Source: Podarcis filfolensis (Eukaryota). From it: a DNA stretch of 64,000 nt. How positions within the stretch are numbered: the first letter of the stretch is position 1; each line of letters begins with the position of its first letter. The notes under the pieces were generated by a model. The model had not been told where the DNA came from, searched no databases, and saw nothing but the letters and a program-made list of their open reading frames with translations. A program made the translations under genes and the position numbers. Positions 12,271 to 23,505 of the stretch are shown here, one piece after another. Location of the stretch: assembly GCA_964270895.1 (NCBI GenBank), contig OZ185439.1, one strand, 5' to 3'.

Positions 12271-14130
12271 ACCTCCCCCAAAAGAATCAATGCGTGTTGC
12301 GGCAAGCAAAGCGTGATCCAGAGAAGAAAACAAACAGTTGTTATACACATAACACTCCCCTGTTGTTTCAGTTCCACCCTTGGAACTACCCGCCACTGGT
12401 TTCCCCAGTGTACCTCTCTGGTTGTCTGGCTTCCAAGGAATGAGTGCATCTGCATTACCTTGGCTAGCAACTCTCTGTTGTGTCTTTGTCTCTGACTTAG
12501 ACACAGCTCCAACCTGTCCTCGGTTGTGTACAACAGCAACACATGCAACAGCTAAGTTAGCATACTCTTCTGAGTACCTTTTGGGTGGTTCACCCTTTGT
12601 GACTCTCACAGACCTGCGTATGAGGTGCTGATCCTCTCTGCTCACTGGTTCTGTCTCAGGACTCCTAGGAGAACCAGTTCCAACAGTAAACAGTGGTTCA
12701 ACCTTCACCTGTGAAGGTCTATCCATTGTGTGAGATTTCCTCTCAATGACTGTGACAACAGAGCTCTCTGAGCTATCACTGTCGCTCTCAGTACCACTGT
12801 ACTCTGTGAAATCATCATCATCATCTGAATCGTCCTCTGTGGGAAATGTGTGTGCTATCACTCTCTCCTTTTCAGGAGCATTCTCTAGAAATTTTGTGAG
12901 AATCACCTGACCAGATTCAGACAAAATTACTCTGTAGAGACCCTTTTCATATCCCACAAAAATGCCTCTGGCATTCTTTACTCCACCTGGAGCTTCTGTC
13001 CTCACATGAGACCCAAAAACCTTGAAATGGGCAACAGAAGGTTTTCTCTGGAACAGTTTCTCAAAAGGAGAACTTCCCAACTCTTTCGAAACCTTTCTTA
13101 CCCACGCATAACTAAACGACATGAGTGACTCCGCCCAGAACTCATGTGGCAGATGTGAACTAAGCAATTGCGCATTCATTCCCTTTTGCAATTCTTTGTT
13201 CACTTTTACACAAACACCCCTGTTCCACGCTTCCGCTGAAACAGCAATCTTGTGTCTGATCCCCTTCTTCTGCAGGAACCTCTGGAAATCCTGTAAAAGA
13301 AAAATCTGCTTCTCATCTGTCAAAAGACAATCAATGTTAGCATCATGCATGTCTTTAACCTTGTCACAAAACTCTTGAAACCTTTCCAAGGCTTCCTGTG
13401 GTTTCTTTAACACATAAACCCAGACAAAGTTAGAGAAATGATCCACACACACAAGATAAAATCTTGCATTGCCTCTAGATGGTTCTAGAGGACCAATCAC
13501 ATCAGCATACACCCGCTGAAACGCTCTGTCGACCCTGGCCACCTTCTTGGCGCTCGTTTTGGTCACACCTGCAAGAGAAATCATGTTAGACTCAGAATTA
13601 CATTCCATGTAATCACTTTGGTCAAAAGTCAACAAATACAGTCCATCTTTCTGTCTGGCAGAAAGATATAACTCTCCATCTTTGAAGATCTCGCAGCTCT
13701 TATCATCATAGGACAGTCTCAGTCCTTTCTTTGCAATCTGCGAAACACTCAGCAGATTGAACTTCAGTTCAGGAACCAAGTAAACATTGTGTATTGTCAA
13801 GTTCAGACTCTTAAGATAGACAGTGCCAACCCTGGTCGCTTCCAGCTTCTGACCGTTGGCTTGTTCCACAGCGAAGCTTTGCTTCTTAAACGTCGAAAAG
13901 AGTCCTCTGTGCGGGGACATATGAAAATTACAGCCCGTATCGATTACAAAAGAGTGTCCAACATCTGGCGTGGTTCCTTTCGCCATCAGGGCCTTTGCAG
14001 GTTTCACCGAAGACTTGGTATGACCTTTGCCTGCTGCCTCAGGCTTTGCTGAGCGGCCCTTCGCTCCTTTCGGCTGGCGTGGCTTCTTGCAGTTCCGCTG
14101 AAGATGCCCAGTCTGTCCGCAATTGTAGCA
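12124..14130 (-). CDS. Copia-type polyprotein ORF: CCHC knuckle, aspartic protease, degenerate integrase + SH3-like domain, acidic tail; no RT/RNase H (first ATG at 13986)
   Basis: CYNCGQTGHLQRNC (14089-14130, in frame upstream of the tracked ORF); FVIDTGCNFHM; NVYLVPELKFNLLSV; VYADVIGP; LLTDEK; FKVFGSH...GIFVGYE..YRV; IRRSVRVTKGEPPKRY. No YxDD motif. Confidence 0.88.
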   Translation of the reverse strand, partial: CYNCGQTGHLQRNCKKPRQPKGAKGRSAKPEAAGKGHTKSSVKPAKALMAKGTTPDVGHSFVIDTGCNFHMSPHRGLFSTFKKQSFAVEQANGQKLEATRVGTVYLKSLNLTIHNVYLVPELKFNLLSVSQIAKKGLRLSYDDKSCEIFKDGELYLSARQKDGLYLLTFDQSDYMECNSESNMISLAGVTKTSAKKVARVDRAFQRVYADVIGPLEPSRGNARFYLVCVDHFSNFVWVYVLKKPQEALERFQEFCDKVKDMHDANIDCLLTDEKQIFLLQDFQRFLQKKGIRHKIAVSAEAWNRGVCVKVNKELQKGMNAQLLSSHLPHEFWAESLMSFSYAWVRKVSKELGSSPFEKLFQRKPSVAHFKVFGSHVRTEAPGGVKNARGIFVGYEKGLYRVILSESGQVILTKFLENAPEKERVIAHTFPTEDDSDDDDDFTEYSGTESDSDSSESSVVTVIERKSHTMDRPSQVKVEPLFTVGTGSPRSPETEPVSREDQHLIRRSVRVTKGEPPKRYSEEYANLAVACVAVVHNRGQVGAVSKSETKTQQRVASQGNADALIPWKPDNQRGTLGKPVAGSSKGGTETTGECYVYNNCLFSSLDHALLAATRIDSFGGGCYEKGAMLLSAPDGWKAKQDVDVLGLYRGNKEQSIMCTEHRMLAQSVT
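12271..12279 (-). promoter_or_regulatory. Polypurine tract
   Basis: GGGGGAGGT directly abutting the TG of the 3' LTR. Confidence 0.85.
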
Positions 14131-14818
14131 TCAGACAACGTTCAAAGCTACAGCATCCTCTCCAGTAGCAACATCAGTGGGGGAATTAGAACTCCGTTCT
14201 TTCCCTCCCCCTGTCCTTCACTTCCAGTGCAGCATGCCGGCTGTGTTCATCCTGAACCACGGCACTCAGGGGCACTCCCCCCTTCTTGGCATCCATGCTG
14301 AATCCAAGCCTCAGCTCTCCACTCTCGAGCTAGTTAAAATCCAAAAGCTCCTTTTGAGCTGTCTTTCTGCCTGTCTCTCAGGCAGGCAATCTCCAAGCTG
14401 TCTCAAAGTCAAAACAACTTTCGCTTTCCCGGCTCTGACTGAGCCAGCCCCAGGTGTCAGTAGTTTTCCACTGGCCTGACTGTCGTTGCTTAGCAACTGT
14501 GCATACCTCTCATCCTTATCTCGCCGCAAGAATTTCTGGTATGCAAGCCTTTACTCTCAGAGCTGTTTTTTTTTTTCAAACGCAGCTCTCGTGAACCAGA
14601 GAATAAATCAATCTGCATTCACACTTTTAGCCCGATATTCAGCATACCTTTTTGGGGCTCCGTTGCTTGGAAAACACCCCCTCTTGGGGCCAGCCGTCTG
14701 TTCAGCTTCTGGCTGCAATTGCAGACGTTATCTTCTTTCCTTGGTGCAGAGGATGGCACACGATTCATCAACCTCTCACCTCTCATGCTGATTCCCATGG
14801 ATCAGATAACCAGCAGCG

Positions 14819-14828
14819 TCTGCTACCA
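14819..14828 (-). promoter_or_regulatory. Primer-binding site complementary to initiator tRNA-Met 3' end
   Basis: TGGTAGCAGA 2 nt after the 5' LTR; complements ...UCUGCUACCA of vertebrate tRNA-iMet (recalled sequence), the usual Copia primer. Confidence 0.85.
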
Positions 14829-14830
14829 TA

Positions 14831-15302
14831 TGTTGATATCAAGCCTTGTCATTCAGAGGCATTTGGCACTCTCCAGGTGCCCGGCTTGATTCCTTGTTGG
14901 CCTCCCCCGTCAGCGACTCCCGGCAAGACAAGGCGAGGTCTTTATCGGCCGATCCTTCTTCAAACGTGAGAAGAACACAGCCACTCCTCCTCCCTCACTC
15001 CCTGCCATCCCCAGGGAGGGGAAAGAGACAGACAGAAATGTATTTACATGCCTTTATTTCTGTCTTTCCTCAGTGCAGAGAACAACATGTCTGCACTCTC
15101 TGATACCCAGCTGCAGAGTGAGAAATAACTCCACCCATGTACTTCCAGTACAGGGTCATGTGACACTCTGAGCTAACATCCGGTGCTCAGTGCACATAAT
15201 AGACTGTTCCTTGTTCCCACGGTACAGTCCCAAAACATCAACATCCTGTTTGGCTTTCCAGCCATCTGGAGCACTCAGCAGCATTGCTCCTTTTTCGTAA
15301 CA
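14831..15302 (-). repeat. 5' LTR of Copia-type element (472 bp)
   Basis: TGTTAC...TCAACA on minus; no difference from 11799-12270 found by eye; ORF-track peptides at 11814 and 14846 are identical. Confidence 0.95.
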
Positions 15303-16814
15303 CTGCCCTTAGTGACCAGTGAAATTGGTTGAATATGGGGCTTATCTGCACTTACCTTCCATCCGCTCTTTCTAGGCACGGTCCCCAATTTAAACCTCCT
15401 TCCATTTTTGCTCTGGAGCTTTCTTCAAGAAAACCCACTCTTTTGAGCTCCTTCAAAGCAAACAGCAATCCATGGAACCCCAAATTGGTGTTGGCTCCGA
15501 CTGAGCACTAAAGTGCAGGGTTTTGTGAGGAAATCTCTAAGGCAAGGTGCGGGGCGGGATGCTCCGACATTGAGTTTTCTTTTTTTTACTATTTTTACCA
15601 TCACAGGGTATAAGGTGAAATATACAGTAGATTTCCAGGCCTTGGCAACTGCTTACAGGCTTCATCAATGCTTCCACAGGCACTTAGGAGGAGAAGCATT
15701 ATGAAGACCATCTGACGTCTCAGTTTTTCCTCCTAAACACTCACGTATCTGGATCTATCTTGTAGACACTATGCCTTCTGGACATTCCCAAAGACGATTT
15801 GTGTCCTGTTCTCCAGGCGTTCCCAATTAAATTTCCACAGATCAGGCCGGCTCCATATTCTTTTGGAAAATTAAGAGTTTTCACTTAGAGCACAAGGTAG
15901 TCCTAATCAAACCTGAGGCTGCCTTGGGCTTGCCTCCCAAGCATAATGCCCCCTTTTTAATGAGCTCTGGATTTCGTCTGAGCAATGTTTTGAATATCAT
16001 CACCAGCCATTTCTGTGAAGCGTTCTATCAAACATGGCTTCCCAACTCTTCGCAGGTCCCTGCACAGAGGGTGGGTGCTGACCGCCTCATAAAGAACTCC
16101 TACGCTTTCCTTAACAATGGAAAGCTGGAAAAAGTTAAAGTTAAAATATGCCGTTCTTGTTAAGGACCATTCTAGCGCTGGGAATGAATTAAATTGCGGA
16201 AACGGCCTCAAATCCTGGCGGGTGAACTGTCCCATTCTGTAGATGAAAGTTCAAGGCTTCATTGTCCTTCATGGGGATGCGGCTGAGATCCATGAGGGGA
16301 AATGGCACATGAGGGAACATGCCGAGCCATTGAGGCACCATTAGATACCTTTCTCTATTCTCGCCCACAGCGCTATCATTTCACTTAAAAAAAAAAAGTA
16401 TGAAAAACCCCAATGCAGAATTTCATATTAGCCACCTAAGCTAAAATGGCCTACAGACATTTTACTTCATGGAGGGATCAGAACATTAGCTTTTCCATCA
16501 TCAAAGAGAAGGGACACATTTTCAATTATACTAAAACATACAAAGTGATATTTCAAGGAAGGATGAGGAAAACAGGGCTCGATGTCATCCTCACTCAAAC
16601 AAAGACATGGTGACAAGCCTGCTTGCTGTTTTCTTATGCTTTTCATACTTTTCGTTTCTAAAGTTGTAAACTTCCTCGGACACCTTCAAACAGGCTTCGC
16701 CAACAGAGTGCCCTCTGCCCCAGCCAGCATGGCCCAAGGGTCAGGGATGGCTGGAGACATGGTTCGGAATATACGAAGGGCACCATATTAGCGAAGGTAG
16801 CTTTAACAAGGGGC

Positions 16815-17150
16815 ATAGGTAAAGGTAGAGGGACCCCTGACCGTTAGGTCCAGTCACAGACGACTCTGGGGTTGCGGCACTCATCTCGCTTTACTAGCCG
16901 AGGGAGCCAGCGTACAGCTTCCAGGTCATGTGGCCAGCATGACTAAGCCGCTTCTGGCGAACCAGAGCAGCGCACGGAAACGCCGTTTACCTTCCCGCTG
17001 GAGTGGTACCTATTTATCTACTTGCACTTTGATGTGCTTTCAAACTGCTAGGTTGGCAGAAGAGGAACCAAGCAACCCGTTGCGGGGATTCGAACTGCTG
17101 ACCTTCTGATCGGCAAGCCCTAGGCTCAGTGGTTTAACCCACAGCGCCAT
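16815..17150 (-). mobile_element. Sauria SINE
   Basis: High similarity to 4260-4614. Confidence 0.88.
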
Positions 17151-19762
17151 AGAAATGCAATAAACAGAATGTGGCATGGGCTGATTAATTCTCAAAAAAA
17201 ACACCAGATAAAATATTAACGATTAAGCTTCTCATCAGTTTGATGGGCAGGATGAGAACAAGATATTTGTTCCCCAAACCCTCGAACCCTATCTATCCTC
17301 TGCATTTTCAGCAAACTTGACACCAGATGCAAGGACAGAGCTCCAGCCGGAACGTTTGGAACAAAGATGCTCCCTGTCCCCTTATTATCTCTAAGCAACC
17401 AGCTTAGATGGCTTTAAAAGGGGGATTAGGACAAATCCATCACTCGTCAGGATGCCTATATGCAACCTCCAGGTGCAGTCAGCAGCATCCTGGGTACCAG
17501 TTTCTTGGGAACAGCAGCAGGATAGGACTATTGCCTTTACGTCCTGCTTGGGGGCTTCCTAGAAGCGTCTGAATGGCCACCCAACAGGATCCCAGACTAG
17601 ATCAGCTTTTGTTCTGCTCTGGCTGGGCTTGTCTTATGTCCTTAATAGGCTGCCAGCCATTGCTCCCATAGCTGTGAACTGTTTTAAGTCCACAGCAGCA
17701 CCAACAAAAAAAATCAAATAATTAGACTGTTACCCATAGAGCTTTGCTAGTGTTCACAGCCTAGCAGAAACTTCTGATCTGAGAAGGTGTGAGCCTCCAC
17801 TACTTTTTTAATTGGGAGCCTGATTCGTTCGCTGTTCCACTTGTGACACGCACACACCAGTGCACTGCAGAGGAGAGAGAAAAGTGGGGGACCCAGGACT
17901 CTTTTGGAAATCAATTGGGCTCATGTTTACTTTCACCCCAGGCTGAGACGCTGCAGAAGTAACCGAAATATTATCTTTGCCATCGCAGAGCAGCAGAAAG
18001 CAATGGAGGCGCCTCCCATCCAATATAGTCAATAAATCACTTCCTCTTTAGGCAAAGAAAGGGAGAGTTTGCATATTTATAAGGACACTGATGCTGAGAG
18101 GTAGTTAGTATCTTCTCTTTCTCTCCCCCCCCCTCCCCGCCACTCCGAACAGCAACCAGCAGCAAGCAGGCTCCGTCATTTTGAAAACTCCCCAGCTGTA
18201 TGATTTATATTCCACTCCACTCCAGTCTAGAAGACTCTATAACTAGGTTAATGCTGAGCATGCTATGCTTTCCGGATGAGGAAAAGGACAAGACAAGTGC
18301 ACACAGCAGCTCGCCAGGACTTACAAGAGAACAAAAAAACCACCCCACAATATTCTGAAAAAGTAAGCTTTCCTTGGTTCTTCCGACTCAGCTCTGTACT
18401 AAGCAGAATAGGGCAATGATGGAGGGGCCTTTTAGCCTTCAATTCCTCAGGTTACGCAGGGAGAGAAATAGGGGCAGAGAGGACTGGATTATATTATGGA
18501 ATTTAGAGTCTTATCCACACCACAAAATTAAAACTTGAACAGGAAGGGAAATAAATTAGTAAAACACCTATACACATCTGTAGCATAGTGTATGCCCTGT
18601 TTGGATCAAGTATAGCCCTGGTGATTTAAATTAAGCTGCTTGGCTTTGTGTAGCTGGAGTAGCATTTACAATATTTCATACTTGCAGCTCCGTATTTCCC
18701 TTGGTCTGTTCTCAAGGACAAACATCCTTTAGCTAAAGGGATCTAAGTGAAAGCCACTTCACGTATGATTGGAAGGCGTCAGCGAGGAATATGCAAACAG
18801 CTCTGGCGCTTTCTTTTCATGCTTGTGGAGTCTTCATTCTACAACCAAAATAAATTATGGGTGATATCCAATGTTTGTCATTCTCAGCGTACAGCCACTG
18901 AAGTCAAGAACCTTCTTTCGTCCACTTACTTAAGTGGGTCCATACCGAGTAAGACTTAGTTGGGTACCACTGTGTGTTGATTGTGCAAAATGAATGATTA
19001 TGCAGGTTGCCCAATCTAAACAAATACTTGTTTGGCATCCTTTAGTTTTGCTAGTTAGGAGTGGGAGGACAATGAAATCTTAAGTGAGTCATCTTGCTGG
19101 CTTCCACGATTCCACTAGGCATCGCCCATACCCTTTCAACCACACAAGCTAGAAACTTGCCTTTTTAAAACATTGAAGTCAAGATTCTCAGAAAGCTGGA
19201 TTCTGTACCAAATGCTGCTTTTAGTGCTTTCCCCATGCATGTGATCCTGACCCCCAAATTAGTGCCACATGCTTTGTACGCTGGGAGGCTTAAGCAGGAG
19301 TGAACAGACGAGCAAACTCTGACATTGATGGGAGACCAAAGCACAACAGATCATGCTTTTAGCCATTTTCCATTTCTGCTGGAATAGCGCTTCTAACTCA
19401 AGAGCGTCTCTTCCATCACAAGAGGACTCTCATTCATCAGCTTGTCATCGAGGTTCATATACCACTAAGTGTGCCATGTCACAAGAGCACACATCCATTG
19501 CTTAGCACTTACCCCTTTAAAGCACCATGGAAGCAAACAAATATTCAATTTCCATATATTTCTTCAGCATAAACAGCCCTTGCAATGTGTGTTGTGCATG
19601 CTAAATTTAAATGAAGTGGTATTAAAGAAGCACATTTTGTTTATAACCACTGATCTCACATTCTCAACAGAGTAGCTCAAGCTTGGAGGTCTGCCACCTC
19701 CTGTTTTGCAAATTAAGCTTCACCAACTCTGGAAGATTCCTAATACCAGGATGGATCTACAG

Positions 19763-19764
<2 letters not shown>

Positions 19765-19817
<53 letters not shown>

Positions 19818-19830
19818 ACACACACACACA
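19765..19830. repeat. (CT)n(CA)n compound microsatellite
   Basis: Directly visible. Confidence 0.95.
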
Positions 19831-20640
19831 ACACAGAGAGCAGAATATCAAGAGCTGGTTTTTTTCCTCTGCATGCAGCACTCTCCAGCAGGGAAAGCAT
19901 GTGATAATTTGCAACAAATAACCTTTGTGCAAAAATAAAAAATAAAAATAAAAAACAGGTCACCCCAAATCACATGCATGTAATAGTCATGCTCAAACAC
20001 AGTGGTGCAGTTCTCTTTGAAATACTACCTAAACCTTCACATAAGGAAATACCTTCAATGAAAACTGTATGTTGTATCAGAACTATCTTTCATCGATCAA
20101 ATGCATCCCTCATGGAAGTAAAAAAACCCAGCCAAGAGAAGGCTAACAACCCCCTGCTTTTATAGGGGGAAGAGTTAACAAGAAGTTTTAATTTGTTTTA
20201 GTCTGTTCTATTGTGGTTGCCATTTTCTGTACGTTTTAAATTATGGCTGTAAAATTATTTTAGTGATAATTCTATGGTGTTATTTTTTTGGGCAAGCCGC
20301 TTTGTTTTCCCTACAATCAAGCGGAATATACATTTTATGAAACAAACAATCCCAGCCTTTTCCTCGTGAGACCAGAGTGCTCCATATAAGCGCTGCACTT
20401 CTCAGTCGCAAGAGATTGTTGATTTTGGATTGAAGGAATGAGACCAAAGGTTGTTCCAGTCTTACATTTTGTAAAAACTCTGTTTTGAGAGCCAGTGTAG
20501 AATAAATGTCTGTGATTCCCAGTTACATTTGTGCCTTTGTGAGAGGGAGGGGTAAGGAAAGGAAAGCCAGCTAGCCAAGTAGGGCCAAACTGAATCATTT
20601 CGAGCTTTGGAGAGATTGTTGGTTATAATTACTATGATAA

Positions 20641-20710
20641 TTATTATTATTATTTATACCCCACTCATCTGACTGGGTTTTCACAGCCACTCTGGGTGGC
20701 TCTCAACATC

Positions 20711-20752
<42 letters not shown>

Positions 20753-20895
20753 CGATAAAACATCAAACATTAAAAACTTCCCTAAATAGGGCTGCCTTCA
20801 GATGTCTTTTAAAAGTCAGATAGTTGTTTATTTCCTTGACATCTGGTGAAAGGGCGTTCCACAGGGAGGGTGCCACTACCAAGAAGGCCCTATGC
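20641..20895 (-). mobile_element. L2 3' end with internal (TAA)n microsatellite (20709-20751)
   Basis: Same family as 497-990. Confidence 0.75.
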
Positions 20896-21589
20896 ATAAG
20901 GGGTGTGCAAGCCAGTTGTTTCCAGCTAGTTCAGTTTTCTGCTTCTGTCTTTAGATGCTGAAATGCTTAATAAACAAGAAAAAGGAAAAAGAAATTGCAG
21001 TGTAAGAGCCCTTTTAGCACATAGCAAAGGGCAGCTCTCTTAACTCCTGGGGATAGCTTATAAGCAACAGGTACTCTCACAATTGTTCCACCACCTCTGT
21101 TCAGAAAAGAACACAGATTAATCATCATAGTCCATAAATGCTTTAATAGCTTGCAGTGAGAATATATGCCTCTTCAAACAGCACTAGGAACTTTAAATAG
21201 AACCGAGTGACTGGAACAGTAGAGTACAGTGCTGACATAGGGAGAAAGATGTTTGCCTTTAAGGTCGTAACTAATTCCACCCTTCAACAAATCTCACCCA
21301 TTTCATCAGGAGGGATCCTAACCCTAAAAAGGCGACAATTTTAATAGCAGAATTTGTTACACTGCCAGACTGTGGGTAGGCAAACTATTTCAGCATTAAG
21401 AAGACTGCTCATTGTGGGACAAGCCACAGTTTGCACATCATTAGCAGGTTTCTTTTTTTAAAACCCCCACAAAAAACTACTGCTATATAAGACTTCGTTT
21501 CTTGTCTCCCAGCACCGCACAACCTATTGTTAGAATGTAAAGCTTGAAGTTAAAACTTTTGTGCCACTTTGTGGAGCCAAGAAAAAAAT

Positions 21590-21945
21590 AAAGGTAAAGG
21601 TACCCCTGCCCGACAGGGCCAGGCGTGACCGACTCTAGGGTTGCGCGCTCATCTCGCTCAAGAGGCCGGGAGCCGGTGCTGTCCGAAGACACTTCCGGGT
21701 CACGTGGCCAGCGTGACGAAGCTGCATCTGGCGAGCCAGCACCAGCGCCGCACACGGAAACAACAATTACCTTCCCGCTATAAAGCGGTCCCTATTTATC
21801 TACTTGCACTTAGGGGTGCTTTCGAACTGCTAGGTTGGCAGGAGCTGGGACCGAATGACGGGAGCTCACCCCGCCGCGGGGATTCGAACCGCCGACCTTA
21901 CGATCAGCAAGTCCTAGGCACTGAGGTTTTACCCACAGCGCCACC
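21590..21945 (-). mobile_element. Sauria SINE (divergent subfamily)
   Basis: Same architecture as 4260-4614 with different tail-proximal sequence (ggtacccctgcccgacagggccagg). Confidence 0.85.
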
Positions 21946-22784
21946 CTAAGAAACAAATGGTCCTCTTCTTTTTGGCAGCTCCTGCCTTTAGAAAGCTGCC
22001 AGTCTATCCAACCTATCGTTGCCTTGCGTACTATTCTTTCACCAGAGCCATGCTGTTTTTAAATAGGATATTTTAGAATTGCACAAGAACCACAAACCAA
22101 GTCCATGGGAGCTGAAAAGAAGATAAGAAATAGTTGGTGCAAAATACAATATATTGCAACAACAGTACCTAATAATATTACTATGCAGGCTTATTTCATG
22201 TGTTTTAACGCACAGTTGTTGCAATAGCTTTTATTTTTGTTAGCATTATTTTTAATATTGGCTTTCGGCTTGTGAAGGACTTGGACTCCATTTTCCTGGT
22301 CTGCTTGTTTGGACTGTTGCTTATTATATGTGGATGTGCTTGCTTTTCCTGTTTGTTGCAGATCTTGCTGGTTTGTCCGTTGGAGATTACAAGGCTAACT
22401 AGCTTTGGACCAGCTCAAAAATTACAGCAGTGAAACTCTGTAGTGGATATAAGAAATGGAACATCTCTTGTCTAAGAGTGGGGAAATCAAAAGCTCCATA
22501 CCTGAGACTGTTACCTGAGGGGGGTGCCTGCGACTGACAAAGGGAATCTTTAACAAGTAGCCATGCTAGAATTTTTTTTTAGATCAAGGAGGATCTTTGT
22601 GATGGGGCTGTTACTTGACAGCAAGATTCCTCCAAGAATCTGGTGAGATGAGGGTCTGTTTAAAACACCACATACTTTCCCTGGATTTAACCTATTTTAT
22701 CTTGCTCAAAAGGGATGTACTTGTTTTCTGTAATTTTTGCATCTCTTTCTCTTAACTCCATTTCTTCCTTTCATAAAATCAGAT

Positions 22785-23060
22785 TCCACAAGGGTCTTGT
22801 AGCTCAACTCCCTGCAATGCAGGGATCTCAACTAAAGTATCCATGACAGATGGCCACCCAATCTCTGCTTAAAAACCTCCAAGGAGAGTCCACCACCTTT
22901 TGAGGGAGTTTGCTTCACTGTTGAACAGTTCTTAAGTCTTTCTTAAGTTTAGTCAGAATATTCTTATAACTTGAAGCCATTGGGTTTAGGCTTATGCATT
23001 GCATGTCTTTTCCATCGTAGTAAACTCTTCCCAAGTTTCATCATCTTGGTGTGTCCTCAT
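22785..23060 (-). mobile_element. Old CR1 LINE 3' fragment
   Basis: CR1-type tail motifs (ccatccaatctctgcttaaaaacctcca...ccaccacc...cactgttgaacag). Confidence 0.6.
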
Positions 23061-23149
23061 ATTTTAACACCCTGGAAGCTGCTGAGATCACATAACACCG
23101 GTCCTGAAAGACCTACATTGGCTCCCAGTAAGTTTCTGAGCACAGTTCA

Positions 23150-23463
23150 AAGTGTTGGTGCTGACCTTTAAAGCCCTAAACGGCCACGGCCCAGCTCTGA
23201 GGGCCTTCTGGCAGTTCTCTCACAGCAAGAAGTGAGGTTACAGGGAACCAGGCAGAGGGCCTTCTCCACAGTGGCGCCCGCCCTGTGGAACACCCTCCCA
23301 TCAGATGTCAAGGAAATAAACAACTATCTGAGTTTTAGAAGACATCTGAAGGCAGCCCTGTTTTTAATGACTGATGTCTTAATGTATTTTTAATCTTTTG
23401 TTGGAAGCTGCCAAGAGTGGCTGGGGAAACCCAGCCAAATGGGTGGGATATAAATTAAATTAA

Positions 23464-23505
<42 letters not shown>
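23150..23505 (+). mobile_element. L2 3' end with (TTA)n tail
   Basis: LTFKAL...RAFSTVAPALWNTLP; tail ccagccaaatgggtgggatataaa(tta)n. Confidence 0.8.

Larger units (their letters stand above)
11799..15302 (-). mobile_element. Young non-autonomous Ty1/Copia-type LTR retrotransposon (3504 bp) lacking RT/RNase H
   Basis: Two 472-bp TG...CA LTRs; 5-bp TSD CTGCC (11794-11798, 15303-15307); PBS TGGTAGCAGA; PPT GGGGGAGGT; CCHC knuckle, then protease, then integrase in Copia-like sequence. Confidence 0.95.

Noticed and set aside
14200-14212. Programmed -1 frameshift at GGGAAAG linking gag remnant and main ORF
   Set aside because: The heptamer is not in the ATG-14296 frame, the needed shift is +1, and a TGA still blocks the frame at 14131-14133.
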